From Mobula birostris (lineage: Eukaryota), in the NCBI RefSeq assembly GCF_030028105.1, contig NC_092382.1:99650699-99714698 (forward strand): a stretch of 64,000 nt of DNA, in the 5' to 3' direction. Each line of letters begins with the position of its first letter. Position 1 is the first letter of the stretch. The position numbers and the translations under genes are program-made. The notes beneath the pieces were generated by a model, which saw only the letters and a list, made by a program, of their open reading frames with translations, made no database searches and was not told the origin of the DNA. This document shows positions 35,454 through 49,230 of this stretch, in pieces.

Positions 35454-37084
35454 CACTGGTTTGCAAATATTTGAGGACCCCGGTCAAAATGTCTGCTACA
35501 GTGAAACGTTCAGTGAGTCGAAGATGAACTGATCTGCAGAATTCATAAAGTTACAGATGAATCATTCTTTTCAACATTTGAAGCAAGGTTCGTGTATTTT
35601 TTGCTTTGATCAATTTTCGAGTGAAGATAAAGGAAAAGAGCACCATGCAGAAGTTTGGGTAAACCTAGAGATTTGAGCTCTTTGAACACTTTTACCAAGG
35701 TCTCACACCGTAATTATCTTGTTAGGGCTCTGGTTTGTTCACGGTCATCGTTAGGAAAGGCCAGGGAATGCAAATTTCAAAGTTTTTGAAATAACCCGAC
35801 TCCTCAAACATTGTCCAAACAATCAGCAGACATTGTCACCTCTAAGCAGCTTCCAAGCCTTCCGAAAATTAAAATAAATGATGCCCTCAAAGCAGGAGAA
35901 GGCTAAAAGAAGATAGCAAAGCAAGTTCATGTAGCCGTTTCCTCAGTTCGTAATGCAATTAAGAAATGGCAGTTAACAGAAACGGTGGAGGTCAAGTTGA
36001 GGTGTGGTAGAACAAGATAACTATGTCAGAGACTGCTCGTAGGGTTGCGAAAAAAAAGCAAATTAAATTCCCCAGTTGACTGCAAAAGACCTTCAGGAAG
36101 ATTTCGCGGACTCTGCAGTGGGGGTGCACTGTTCTTCTGTGCAGCAACACATGCACACATGTGACCTTCATGGAAGAGTCAGCAGAAAAAAAACAAAAAA
36201 AACTTTTCCTGCGTCCTCACCACGAAACTCAGCGTGAGAAGTTTGCAAAGGCACATCTAAACAAGCCTGATGCATTTTGGAAACAAGTCCTTCGGACTGA
36301 TGATGTTAAAATTTAACTTACCGGTCGCAATGAGCAAAGGTATATTTGGAGAAAAAGAGAGTGAGGAATTTCATGAAAATAACACCACTGCAACCGTTAA
36401 GCACCGGGGTGAGTGAAACATGATTTGGGATTTTGATGCAGCAATAGCACGGGCAACATTTCACTGGCAGAGGGAGGAATGAATTCAATTAAATGCCAGC
36501 AAATTCTGGAAGCAAACATCACACCGTCTATTCAAAAGCTACTGATCAAAAAAGGGTGACTTCTGCAACACGATAATGATCCGAAACACACCTCAAACTC
36601 CACAATAGACTACCTCAAGAGGCGCAAGCTGAAGGTTTTACCATGCCCCTTGCAGTCCGCCGACCACAATATCATCGAAAATCTTTAGATAAACCTCAAA
36701 AAAACAGTGCATACAAGACGGCGCAAGAATCTCACAGAACTAGAAGCCTTTTACAAGGAAGAGTAGGCGAAAATCCCCAAACATCATTGAAAGAGACTTG
36801 TTCGGCTACGAAAAGCGTTCACAAGTTTTGATACTTGCCAAAGGGGGAGTACCAAGTACTGACCATGCAGGGTGCGCAAACTTTTGCTTCAGAACCTTTT
36901 CCATGTTTGTTATTTTGTAACAGTAAAGGATGGGAAAAATATAAAGTAATCCTGCTTCAGTTATTGAAGAAATCTGTCATCTTTAACTTCATGCTTTTTT
37001 TGGAAATCAGGTCACCTTTTACTCGCTGAGCTGTTACAGGTACACAAATTTTGACCAGGGTGCCCAAACCACTGCATGCCACTG
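35454..37084 (+). mobile_element. Tc1/mariner DNA transposon, decayed transposase, both TIRs present
   Basis: Left TIR CACTGG..GACCCCGGTCAAAAT after TA; right TIR ATTTTGACCAGGGTGCCC..CCACTG; transposase remnants (AGEG.KKIAK, LQHDNDPKHTS, ..NIIENL); empty TA site at about 53423 in unit B. Confidence 0.9.
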
Positions 37085-37561
37085 TGTCCAACTATAAATT
37101 TTAAGAACTATCTATGCAATAATTATTTTAAGCTATGTATATCATGATAGTTTTCTTTTTATTTGCTGCATATACCTTCCTTTTCAGACTGGTTGTATAT
37201 CAGTGTCCAGCTGTGTGTCAAAAAGTTTCTTAGTTTTGTGTCCATTTACAGACAGGGCACGCATCTGTGGACAGCCGACTGGTGGGATTATTGTATACAT
37301 TTGCAATCTGCTTTGGTATCGCTTCTCTGACGGCCTGCATAAAGGGTTAATTGCACCTGTCATTCCGGAGAGTTTAATGAAGGGAGTGTCCGTAGGGATT
37401 GTCGTCGTCACGGCGGAGGTGTGGCTGCTGGTTCCCTTTTCTATTAATATGTCTCCCTCACAACGTCAGTTTCAGAGAGAGCCGCCAGTCTACGCTATCA
37501 GAGACCAGCGGCTGCAGGCAGAGAGAAGACAGGGGCTGGATCGGGAACACGAATCCCAGCA

Positions 37562-40500
37562 ATGGATTATAATCCTGGAAATGCATCGCCCAATGCTACA
37601 GGAATTGCGAAGTACGTTTTCTTGCTGTATCCACATCTTGTTGATGATTACCAATGGCTGATTTTGGACACTCGAATCAGTCTCCTGCTTCGGAGAGTCC
37701 AAGAGTTTTACTACCCTGCACTCGCAATTGTAGCTCTTCTTGGTAAGTGTCTCGTCTCTTCCTCATGATTATGTTGAAAAATAGAAGTTAGCTTCTCATT
37801 CATCCCTGTATTCTAACGACTCGCTAATTGCAAGACAGGTCTTTCCAACCGGAATCGCTTCAGTAAACATCGGCTGAGTGTATTTGATAAGGTACCCCAT
37901 GCAAGACTTATTGTGAAATTTAGGAGGCATGTCATCCAAGGGGACATTGCTATGCGGATACAGAAATGGCTTACCCACAGAAGGCAAAGTGTTGTTGTAG
38001 ACTGTCATATTCTGCATTGAGGTCGTTGATCAGTGGTGTGGTTCAGGGATCTGTTCTGACACTCCTACTCTTCCTGATTTTTTTATAAGGGACCTGGATG
38101 AGGAAGTGGTAGCGATGGGTTAGTAAATTTGGTGATGAAAGAATGTTGGGGGCGTTGTGGATAGTGTGGAGGGCTGTCAGAGGTTACCGCTGGACTTTGA
38201 GAGGATGCAAAACTGCGTTAAGAAGAGACAGATGAAGTTCAACATAGGTAAATGAGAGTCGTTCTTTTAGGTAGGTTAAATATGTTGGCAGAATATAGTA
38301 TCAGCGGAATTAATTTGAAAATATATAAACAAACAAATAGCTTATGTCATGTGACCCGCAACACAAATATATAATTGTGACAGTTTTTATAAACAAACAG
38401 ACAAACGTTTATTACATTCTGCTCTGTAATAGCGAAAAATATTCAAACGACTAACTTAACCAGAAGTTAACTGCTATGCGGCAACCCTGGACAGTTCATA
38501 AAGTGATAAATTCGAACACAGTATCAACATGGTAACTTCGAAAGCCCAAGTGATTTACATCGTCAATCAGGAGAGACATCTCTGGAAACGGATGTCTTCG
38601 AGATGTGCCGTTACTGCTGATTCTGTCCAATGGATTCACGGAAAAGGAAATAAAATGGTTTAAATGAACTGACCTTGTCCTGGCGAATGAACATTTCACA
38701 ACCCTTCCTAATCATACAAGATACTCAATTACATCATGGTCACAAGACAGTCACAAGATATCCACGAGTTACATAACAGTCCAACGTCTCACCAGTTAAA
38801 AAGCATAAGGGTACGTGGGCATCATCACTTCCATGATCGGTCGCCGACACAAAGAGTGCACAGGAAACTGACAACATGCAGAGAGATATTAATATGTTCA
38901 GCGAATATACCATCGCCTGGCAGATGGAGTGCAAAGTTGGTAAATGCGAAGTTATCGAATGGGAAGGACAATTGTAAGAACAGAATATTATTTACGTGGT
39001 AAACGATTGCAGTATGCTGCTGTGCGGAGGCGCTTTGGATTACTTGTGCTTTAAATCACAAAAGTTTGGTTTGCCGGTGCAGCAGACTGTCAAGAAAGTA
39101 AATAGGATGTTAGCCTTTGTTGTCAGAGGGATTGAGTTAAAGAGTAGGGAGGATGTGCTGCAGCTGGTCAAGGTACTATTAAGGAGGCATTTGGAGTACT
39201 GTGCAGTTCTGGTCTCCCGACTTGAGGATTGGTAAACTGGCTGTGCAGACGGTTCACCAATTGATTGCAGAGCTGAGGTGGTTCGGCTATGAGGGGAAAT
39301 TGTTTCGATTGGGATCGTACTCGCTGGAACTCAGAAGAATGAAAGGAAGTCGCTAGAAACATATAAAATTATGGAATGGATAGATAAGATAGTCGCCGGA
39401 AGGCTGTTTCCATTGGTAGGGGAGGTTAGAACTACGGGACACAGCCTGAGGATTCTGCGGACTGAACTTAGGACCGTGTTGAGGAGGAATTTCTTCTCTC
39501 AGAGGCCGGTGAATTGTGGAATTCTCTGCTCAGTGCAGCACTGGAGGCAACTTCAATAAATATATTTAAGATTGGCTGCCATAGATTTTGCATAGTAGAC
39601 GAATTAAGGGCTATGAGGAAAAGGTAGGTATGCGGCGATGAGTCCATGGTCAGATCAGCCATGATCTTCTTCATTGTCAGATCATGCCAGTCCGAACAGA
39701 TGGACTATTCTTGCTCCTACTATTAATGTTCTTATATTCTCACTTTCTCTCGTGTTTACAGCTGAGGGGAGTTGAATTTCTGTCACCCTGGTACTTGGTA
39801 CATTAATTCGTTCATTACTCTCCTAACACTTCCCGTTTGCAACTCATTCTCCTTGTGCTAAAGATCAGAATACGTTTCAGGCATCGATTGCTTTCACTGC
39901 TTTGCTCATAAGGGTCAGAAGCTAAATTCGACCAGCCGAGCACCGAGCCTTCGCCGCCATTCCGTGTAGCTGATTCATTATCGCACTCAACCACATTCTG
40001 GCGCCCAGCCCCGTAGCCATCGGCGACCTCATGAATAAAGCACCCATCACTCTCCTCTGCCAATGGTTTCAATGAACCGTCTGTGCCGCTGAATTACACA
40101 CATTCACCTGTCTCGGTCTGAAGAAATTACGACCCATCTCCGTTCTAAAGGGATGTCTTTTTATTGTGAAGCCTCGTCTTCAGGTTGTAGACTGCCCCAC
40201 GGCAGAAGCAACCCTCTCCGCGTCCACGATATCTCGGCCTTTCAATGTTCAATGAGTTTCAATGAGACTCCTCTCATCCTTCTGAACTTCAGCAGGTGCA
40301 TTGTAATTACTACCAATTTAATAATGATCCTGATAATCTCCTTCATAGTTCCATGTTCATCTCTGCTCTTGGGAGGGCTATCGATTAAAATAGTTGCTTT
40401 CAGAGAAAGTTTCCATCCGAAAGTGTATTAATCTTCTACATTTCCGTCCGCACAGTGAACGTGGTGACAATCGTCATCCTGTCTCGGGGAAAGTGCGGTC

Positions 40501-41369
40501 TCTCCGAAGGCGTCACAAGGTACCTGGTTGCCATGGTAGCAGCGGATCAGCTCGTCGTTCTCTTCGATCTGGTATTGAACAAGATTCCGGTGACTAACGT
40601 GCCAATGGAGTTTCTCTACTGGTCACGTCGTGCTCCCGTGTGTAATATCCACGCCGTTCTGTTCTACGCCGCCACGGACTGTTCTGTCTGGTTCACCGTC
40701 ACTTTCACCTTTGATCGGTTTGTCGCCATTTGTTTTCAGGAGCTGAAACGAAGATACTGCACCGGGAGAGCGGCGGCTCTGGTTCTGGGGACAGTGACTG
40801 TGCTGAGCTGCGTAAAGAACATATTCTGGTACTTTATGCTCGATAAGTCATATTCGTCATTAAATAGTTCCTTGCTGTGCCTGACCAGTTTCCGTTTATT
40901 TTCCTATTCTCAGCTGGCAACATTTCTACTGATTCATTTCCTCCTCACCCCAATATTCCCCTTTGTCCTGATAATCCTGCTCAATAGTTTAACCATCAGA
41001 CACGTCTTCGTAGCCAGCCGAGCCCGGAGGAGACTCCGTGGTTCGCGGGATGGCGAAATGTCCACCGACCTGGAGTTGAAGAACCGCAGGCAAGCCCTCC
41101 TCTTACTGCTGGTTATGTCGGGGAATTTCATCCTGCTGTGGGCGCTGCTGACGGTGTATTCCATATGGGAGAGATTACATTCGATTCCCCCGAGTTCTCT
41201 GCGGGAACTGGGCTACATGCTGCAGCTCCTCAGCTGCTGCACCAACACGGCCCTTTACGCCGTGGTCCAGGCCAGGTTCAGGGAGCAGCTGAAGGAGACG
41301 GTGAAATCGCCCTTACGCCTCATGGCAAAGTTCATTCGGCGTTGTCAGGATTGCATTAATCCTCGGTGA
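37562..41369 (+). CDS. Class-A GPCR, GPR139/GPR142-like paralogue A; exon 1 37562-37742, exon 2 40456-41369, 364 aa
   Basis: Exon 1 ends YYPALAIVALL-G|GTAAGT and joins in phase 1 to CAG|TG-NVVTIVILSRGKCGLS. Seven hydrophobic segments, TM3 FDRFVAIC, TM7 SCCTNTALY. Family assignment from memory. Confidence 0.88.
38900..39740 (+). mobile_element. Degenerate CR1 3' fragments in the GPCR-A intron
   Basis: VKKVNRMLAFVVRGIELKSRE..HLEYC and RLFPLVGEVRTTGHSL fragments. Confidence 0.75.
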
Positions 41370-42838
41370 CACTTCTCCGATACCGCCCAAGCTATCCCAT
41401 TTTATCTGGTAGGTTGTTACAAATTGAAGGGCCACTGGGACGTGATGGAGTTGGAGATGTTGAAGGAGGCTCGGTAAAAGTGCAGATGGGTTGAAACTGT
41501 GGTCACAGAAATCATACCTGTGTCAAAGTAATACGGCAGTTCAGTGTCTGTTGCTTCGAAACGGTTGAGAAATACGGTAATATCTCCCAGGCAGGTAAGT
41601 CCATGACTATGACCCCTCTGGATTTTGATAACACTATGCAAACATAAAAGAAAAGTAGATTCGTATGCCAGCAGAAGATGGCAGTCGACAATGCGGAGAT
41701 TTCAATGTTGTCACCCGGGAATCGCATTTTAATTACAAAGGAGAAATAACAGTCTGTAGAATAAGTTCGACAGTGAGTTGTTCCGGGATTTGTGACACAT
41801 ATAAATAAATTGGATGCATGTAAATGAGTTGACTAATAATGTTACAGACGACCCAAAATTTAATTTGAAACTTACACAAGGCGCCGGAGGATCTTCGGGA
41901 GGTAATTTCAAATGAACTCTAAAGAGCAAGACCTTTACACAGAGAGTAGTGGGTGCATGGGATGCACTTCCTGGTGTGGTGGTAGGGACACAAGGAGGGG
42001 AGACATTGGGGAGCTGCTGATACAGACATGTGCCTCTGAGGAAAATGGAAGGACATGCTCATAATTCAAGCAGATAAGATTGGTTAGCCATTAGGTTACT
42101 TACCTAACGGGCACAGTGCGACTTTGTGGGGCGACGGGACTGCTCTGGTGCTGTCATGTTCCAATGAAGAGAATGAACAGCTGACACTTTGGAGAGACTT
42201 TTTCTGGATTGGAAAGGTCAAGGGGCCGGCTGAGGGGACGATGAGGTAGATTACCTACTGACGGGGGGGTTGTGAAAATAAGTGATGGACAGTGTAGAAT
42301 CGGGCGGGGTATGTAGGAAGCTGAGCGGTGATCGGCGGAAACTGTACGAGAACGTAGATGTGGGAACCTGAGGACACTCGCTAGTACACGAAAGCGAGGA
42401 AGGGCGTTCACCGGGGGAGAAGATGGGCAAGTGAGCTGAGAACAAGAAACGAGAGAGGAACCAGGAACGTGGATGGAACAGGAGAGAGTAGTGAGTGTGG
42501 ACAAAGGAGTTTCTGCTGTTCATACCCTCAGGTAGTAAACTACCCAGACAGAATACGTCTACAAGGAACGCAGATTCAAGGAAGCAAAATGCATCATCAG
42601 TGATCTCCATGACCCAGGCCATGCTCTCTTCACGCTGCTGCCACCTGGACGGAGATACAGGGGCGTTAGCACTCACACGACCACGATCATAACAGTTAAT
42701 ACCCCTCAAAAATTCAAACCCTGACATTGACCTGCACCATGACAGATTTCCTCATGTTTCCATGACATATGGACTGATTTTCAAGGGCTCCTCATCGGAT
42801 AGCCTCGATATTCATTGCGTGTTGATACATTTCCATAT

Positions 42839-42840
<2 letters not shown>

Positions 42841-42886
<46 letters not shown>
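42841..42886. repeat. (TG)n microsatellite; (GA)n also at about 49000-49043
   Basis: Visible tandem units. Confidence 0.95.
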
Positions 42887-42888
<2 letters not shown>

Positions 42889-42929
42889 AAATCTCAGCTG
42901 AGGGAGTCACGTGTCAATTACTCGGAACA

Positions 42930-44340
42930 TAGAGCTTAAGAATACTCAAGCACTCATCAGTCCTACATCAGCAATTTTAATATCCTCCATCTTCTTACAT
43001 CCTTATGACTATCCAGACGTCTCCTAAAATCATCTAATGTATTTGACTCCACGTCCATACCAGGCAGCGCATTCCAGGCATCCACGCTCTCAGAGTGAAA
43101 AAAAAACAACAACAACTATTCCTCACATCCCGCTTGAAACTACTTCCTCTCATTTTCGATGCATAGCCTCTTCTCTTCGATATTTGAATACTTGGGTACA
43201 GATACTCCCTATTTCTCTATCTATGCCTCTCCTAAGCTTATAAACTTCTGCCAAATCTCCCTTGAGCCTCCGGCGCTTCAGGGAAAACTACCCGTTTGTC
43301 CAGGCTCTCGTCATAAGACATGTTGTCTAATCCAGGCAGCGTTCCGATGTGGCCTAACCAGAGTTTTCACAATTTGCAACATTATGTCTTTAATTGAGAT
43401 CCTTGCTGACTTGCGTATTCTAAAAGTCTCTTATTCACCTTGTTGACCTGCGTAGACACTTTCAAGAGGCTGTGACCTTAGATCCCAAGGTAGCTCTGCT
43501 CAGCAACACTCTTCAGGAGCTTGCCCAAACACTGTACTGTTTCTTTACATTTGCTTGATACCAGCGTGCTGCATCTCGGATTTATCTGGGTTAATTTCCA
43601 TCTGTCCTGTCGTTGTTAATATCTGCAACTCATCTGTGCTTTGCCAGTCTTTTACAGTGGCCACAACTCCATCAATCTTGGCATCATCCGCAAATGTACT
43701 AGCCAGCCCACCTAGATTTTCATCCAGGTAATTTATATACATCACAAGCAGCAGGGATCCCTGCGTAGATCACTGTCGAGCATCACTAATTGCAGATCTC
43801 CATCTCGGATAAGTCCCTTCAGTCATCTCACTCTGCCGTCTGTGCACAAATATGTTATGAGTCCAAGCAACCAATTGTCCGCCGTTCCCTTTGCATCTCC
43901 CCTTGAGCGAGTATGTCAAACGCCTGACTGATACCACGTGCTGAGCATCCACTGCCCTACCCTCATCAATCCCTTTCCTCACCTCGTTAACATACTCTTT
44001 CAAGTTGTAAGAGAAGATCTGCCCCGAACAGAGCCATGCTAGCTCTCCCTAACCTGTTTGGGTTTTCCAACTGTCGTAAATCCTGGACATACGGATTTTT
44101 TACCTCCTATGTCCATTTAACTGAAATAAGTCTCACTTATCCATAGTTTCCGGGATTGTTACCGTTTCTCGTTCGAAAAAGAGATAAAACATTTTCACTG
44201 CCCAGACCTGCGGGACTTCGCCTGTGGCTGGAGTTGACATGAGGAAGCCGATCAAGGTCCCAGCAATATTACGTGTTCCCTCTTGCAATTGTAACTGGGT
44301 CTTGGTTACACTGGCTGCAATGGTGTCTAAACTGGCTTCT
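42930..44340 (-). mobile_element. Old CR1 LINE fragment
   Basis: YINYLDENLGGLASTFADDAKIDG fragment. Confidence 0.7.
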
Positions 44341-44366
44341 TTGTATGTCATATAAAATGGCTTTCC

Positions 44367-44923
44367 TGTAATAACAACTGCGTTGTAAGGAGTTTTCTCT
44401 CACCCTGCTTGTTTGGGTTACACAATTGATACGGCAGAAAACGTCCCAATCAGTGCTAATGTTATTCTATCTGTTTGTGTGGGAACGTGGGTGATTTCCC
44501 GGGTTTTTCGGGAGGAGAACCGAAGAGGAAGGACATGCTGTACGCGCTCTGGTCTACCACCGTGTTTGGTCCCAGGGGGCGGGTCGAAGAGGTCGGAAGT
44601 GATCGTATGGTGGAAAGAAGACCCCGTTAATTGAGCTCCGACGGTTGTGCATGAAGTGGTTGACTCTGGTAAGTTTCGCGCCTTCTAATTTCATTTTATA
44701 TTGTATCTCTATTAATTGCATAGCTCCAGTAAGATCTATAAAGTGTAATCTGTGAATCGTTCATTGTGTGATGTCTGATATTTGATGTGTCAGTTTAAAC
44801 CAGGGTGTACAACACAATAACTACGCAAACGTGAGACAAGGTTTGGAGGGCGGACGTGGTTTCCCCTCGATATGCCCGAGCCGGTAACACTGAGCGTTAC
44901 ATTCGTGGGGCTCGTCTGGGATT
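44367..44923 (+). mobile_element. 5' LTR (TGTAA..GTTACA, about 44367-44901) with a tRNA-Pro primer-binding site (44906-44923)
   Basis: TG..CA termini followed by TGGGGCTCGTCTGGGATT, near-identical to the canonical PBS-Pro TGGGGGCTCGTCCGGGAT; no internal ORFs recognised. Confidence 0.65.
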
Positions 44924-45803
44924 GAACCAGGGACATCTGGCATTAGCACTTCTTCCGAAGTGTGAAAATGTTCCCTACTTAACACGCACGCATGTTTAAC
45001 CGGAACTTTCTCGGACGCACACCAGTCGCAAACGTCTCCAGGTCCAGTTCCAAGTAACTTAATGGGCTGTTACACTGCTTCATCCCGGACGATTTTGCCT
45101 TCCTCACTTCGTAAAGAGTAGTGTGACGTTTGTAATCTTTCAGTCCTGCGGGACATGCCAGTGTGAGGGGATCCAGGAGTGCCCCTATTAACTTTTTGAA
45201 GAGAGACAGAGAGAGTTATTTATCATTGATAGTTTGTTTGGAAAAGATAGAGTGACGAAGATTGACGGTTAGACCGTCACTGGAGTTAAGTTTAGAGTTT
45301 TACTTTGGAGATAAAAACTTAGCAGCTCGAAGGTTGCTATGGTGACCGACAGCACATTGTTGATGTTACTTCCAAGGACTTGTTGCCTGCTCGCATTCCT
45401 TTACAGACAAAGGAAGGAGGGACTCTTCGAATGACAGGAGATGCTCAGCACAGTGAAAGAAATAGGAGGTCACATTATACATACCTCAGACACATGACCG
45501 GGACACTGAATGAGCTTAGTTGTGCCTGCAGAGAAAGTTGGTTTTGGAGGATCGATCAGGCGGATTGATCTAATTGCTCTGCCAGTGAAAATTCAAAGGC
45601 AGGACCGGTGGGGAGTTGTCCATGTGTCCGACTCTAGCCTGGGTAGACAGCTGAACCACACCGAAGTACTGTCCCCTTTGTTGTTAAAGTCCGAGATGGT
45701 GACTTGTGAAGGATTTCGGAGGACGACGAGGAAATAGACGACATAGCTCACCTGAAGACTCAACTCACTGTCTCTCTCTCTGCATCACTATTCAACTAAA
45801 TAC

Positions 45804-47200
45804 TGTTACCCACCCCGTAAATGGGTTGCCAAACCAGCAGAAATGGATCACTCAGTTGGCGTCTGGATTACTGGAACTAAGAAAGTTTTATTAAAGAAAT
45901 AAGCAACACAGTACTCTAATCGTAAGGATATAAATGCAACAGGTCAGCAATGAATAAACACACATGTACACAGAACATAGGATAATAGGATCAATCAAGC
46001 TCTGTCGCAGTCTAGGGGTAAAATGATCAATCACAAGTGTCAGAGTTCAATTTACTTCAGTTCGCAGTAATCGCTGTTGTGCCGTTGAAGAGAGAGGGAG
46101 AACGAATGAATATGCAAATCGGATTCCAAACAGACCTTCGATATTCCTTGCAGTTAGTTTTGGGCGAGCCCTTTGTAGTGTCTTCTGAGGTCACCGACTG
46201 TGACCCCTCCGTTCCAGATACGATCGTTCCGCTGCGGTGAACCCGGCACCCAGGCAAGGCGGACACACACACCAGGTTCCCGCCGACCGCATCTTCCACC
46301 CTGTGCGTGTATGGCTGGTCCCGCGCCAGCCTTCCAAAACTCCCACCGACTTCTGGGGGCACACCGCTTCCAGGGTCTCGTTACTTCGTGGTGTCCTGTG
46401 TGGTGTCTGTTGCATTAGCGAACCTGTCCCTTTTTATCCCCCCTGTCGGGGTATCGCCTGTCAATCAGACTTCAAACAATTCAGGGTTCAAAGCAGCCGG
46501 TCTTGACAATACTTAGACCGGTGTCTCCTTCCGTTAATCTCTCTCGTCTCTTCATTAACATTTCCAAATGCTGCTCCATTGTCTTACTTATCTCTGTCTC
46601 CTGACGACAGGTGGCAGATCAACTGATGATCCCACTGGTGATAGCACAGTACAGTTAACATCTTAGTCTATATGTACTTTGTCACACCCCTCCCCTTTAA
46701 GGATTTTTACCGGGGTAAAAATTACAAGCATGAATGTATTATTGGATACACACAAATATACATCTTCATCAGCTATTTGTGTCATACAGAGAATTTTAAG
46801 TTGTCAACACCTGACAGACAGTCAGCAATCACATTTTCTGTTCCTTTTATATGTGTTATTTTAATAATCCTCTCAAACCAGGCTCCAACTTAGCAGACTT
46901 CATAGTGGCCGGAAATACTAATGAATTGTGATCAGTGTAACTTCTCAGTGGTTTTCGCCCCGGACACAGATAACAACGGTCGTCCCATTCCAATTTAGCA
47001 TTCTTTGGCCCGGGCTTAATATGAGGGTGGGTACTATCCGCAAAGTTGTTTTTTTCCTGCAAAACTTCCGATAGTACCCCACCATCTCGAAGAACCTTCT
47101 CAGGGCTCTCTTGTCTGTCGGGGTGGGGACTTCAGCGATAGCCCGCAACTGAGCTTGCATCGGAACCACCTGCCCCTGTCCTACCACAAGTCCCAGAAAA
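45804..47200 (-). mobile_element. Second Gmr1-type Gypsy remnant: RT/RH fragment, PPT (46687-46700) and 3' LTR (about 45804-46686)
   Basis: VGQGQ..PTPTDKRALRRFFEMVGYYRKFC and ITHIKGTENVIADCLS directly followed by TTAAAGGGGAGGGG-TGTGACA. Confidence 0.8.
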
Positions 47201-48995
47201 TCCCAGCAAATTTTCTGTGTGTTGCTCCCAATCTGCTCCTCGGTATCTCTGCTGCTACCAGGGGACCTATAGAAAACTCTGTACTCTCAGCAACGTCAGA
47301 AGGATGAGGTGGGATCTCATTTCAACCTTTCGGATATTGAACAGCCAAGGCAGATGGATGTGCAAAGGATGTTTCCCAAGGCTGGGGTGTCTGAGACAAG
47401 AGGGTGCAGCCTCAGAACACAGAGGCGTCAATTTAAAACAGAGAAGCAGAGAACTATCTTTCGCCAGAGGGTGGTGAATTTGTTCCCACATTCAACTGTG
47501 GAGGCCGTGTCCTTGGGTTTATTTAAGACAGAGATTTATTGGTTGTTGAGTGGACGCAGCAATGAACGTTTCGGGAAGAAGGCCGGGGATTGGGGTTGAG
47601 GAAGGGAAGCAAAATATCAGCCATGTTTGAGCAGACACGTTGGGCCAAATGGACTAATTCTGTTCCTATATTTCATAGCCTCATGTTCCTGTGTTCTTAA
47701 GTCGGTGAGAGCTACAGAAGTATTTTTTTTAATCAGTTTTTGCTTTGGCTCGGTGCCACGTTGATCAGTTGCAAATATCGGTGACGTGCAGGGAACTGAT
47801 CAAAACTATGTAGACAGTAAAAGTGCATTGCTGCTGTCAAGTCCGAATGAATGATCTCGGCCCGCGACGTCGAGTGCTTATTCATGACAAGAGATGCTGT
47901 CTGACCTGATGAGTTTAGGCAGCATTTTGTGTAGTAATCTGCTCTAAGTTCAAAATTCAAAGAACAATGATGATCAAAGTGCTATAACTCCCTGCCTCAT
48001 ACATTTACTGGCATGTTTTATGTATTTCATTTCGCAGTTCGTTAAGACCAGTCTGTTCTACTGGCAACCTGTTTGGGATACTGTTGAAGATAACGAATGC
48101 GTGCTATCGAATTGGAATGGTAGATTTAGGGGGAGATTTTCTGGCGAGAGACACTAAAGTTGATCTTGCCTTTCCTTGGGTCGGCGGGAGATAAGGAGAG
48201 AAGACGCTGGGAGAACTGATCGGAGGATTTAATCGGCTGGGAGACCCGTTTGTTCGAGATGGATGGCGAGCGACGTTCTGAAGGTGGTGTGTGCTTCACC
48301 TTGACCGAGTGACCAGCAAACGACTAGCAAAGAAATTCAAGATTAACTCCAACTTGTGCGTATTTGACTGTTTCATTGGAATGGGCTTTCTTCGTTTTGT
48401 TCTTCCTCACTAACTCCTTAGTTCAGTTAAGATTCATAAATATATTCCCTTGAGTCGTATTCTGTCTGTTATTTCATGGCACTAATTTGCAACAGGGCTG
48501 TGAATTACACAGCAGCAAAACCAAATGGGGTGTAATCATTACAAATACGTTTCTATATGCCACGCGATGCATTTTCTTGCTTGGATAATCAATAAATTCT
48601 TATAGGAAAATAACTATGACAGAATTGATGAAAGACCGTGCACACGTAGGAGCTTAATCAGTCGGAGTAAGAAGACCACTCTCGTCTGAGCTCTCTCGTT
48701 AGTAAGACGCTTTCCATATTGAAATAACGGTCACTTGAAGTTTTTTCCTGGCATCATGACTGATCTATTATCCTTTCTGAACTCTATTCTCTTCCTTCTA
48801 CTCGTAATTTGTGTAACCCTTTCCCATCAGGAAACTTGCAACCTCCGCTTAAAACATCAGGACAAGCAGACTGGTTTCAATCTGTTTCATCACCAGGTTA
48901 TTTTCTATGTAACAGTGCAGTATGCAATCTAGATTTATTTTCTGCGAACTCAATATCTTTAAAGATGACAATTCCTGCCTTCTGGCCTGCAGAAC

Positions 48996-49046
<51 letters not shown>

Positions 49047-49230
49047 TGCATACAGTTACACTGTGTCTCCACACCAATGAACCGATTGCCAATTACCCAG
49101 AGAAAGTGCCTGCGACATGATAGACGGCCGAATCAATTATTAGCCGCTGGTTATGGAAGGACAAGAAGTTATAAATATTGGGGAGAGTCAATGGGCACCT
49201 CGCGAATGTACGTGTCCTTCTCAGGAACTA

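Larger units (their letters stand above)
30515..41369 (+). repeat. GPCR duplication unit A, paralogous to unit B (47205-58454)
   Basis: Collinear blocks, e.g. 30520-31830 vs 47210-48515, 32270-32770 vs 49140-50220 and 37170-37770 vs 53520-54140. Confidence 0.9.
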
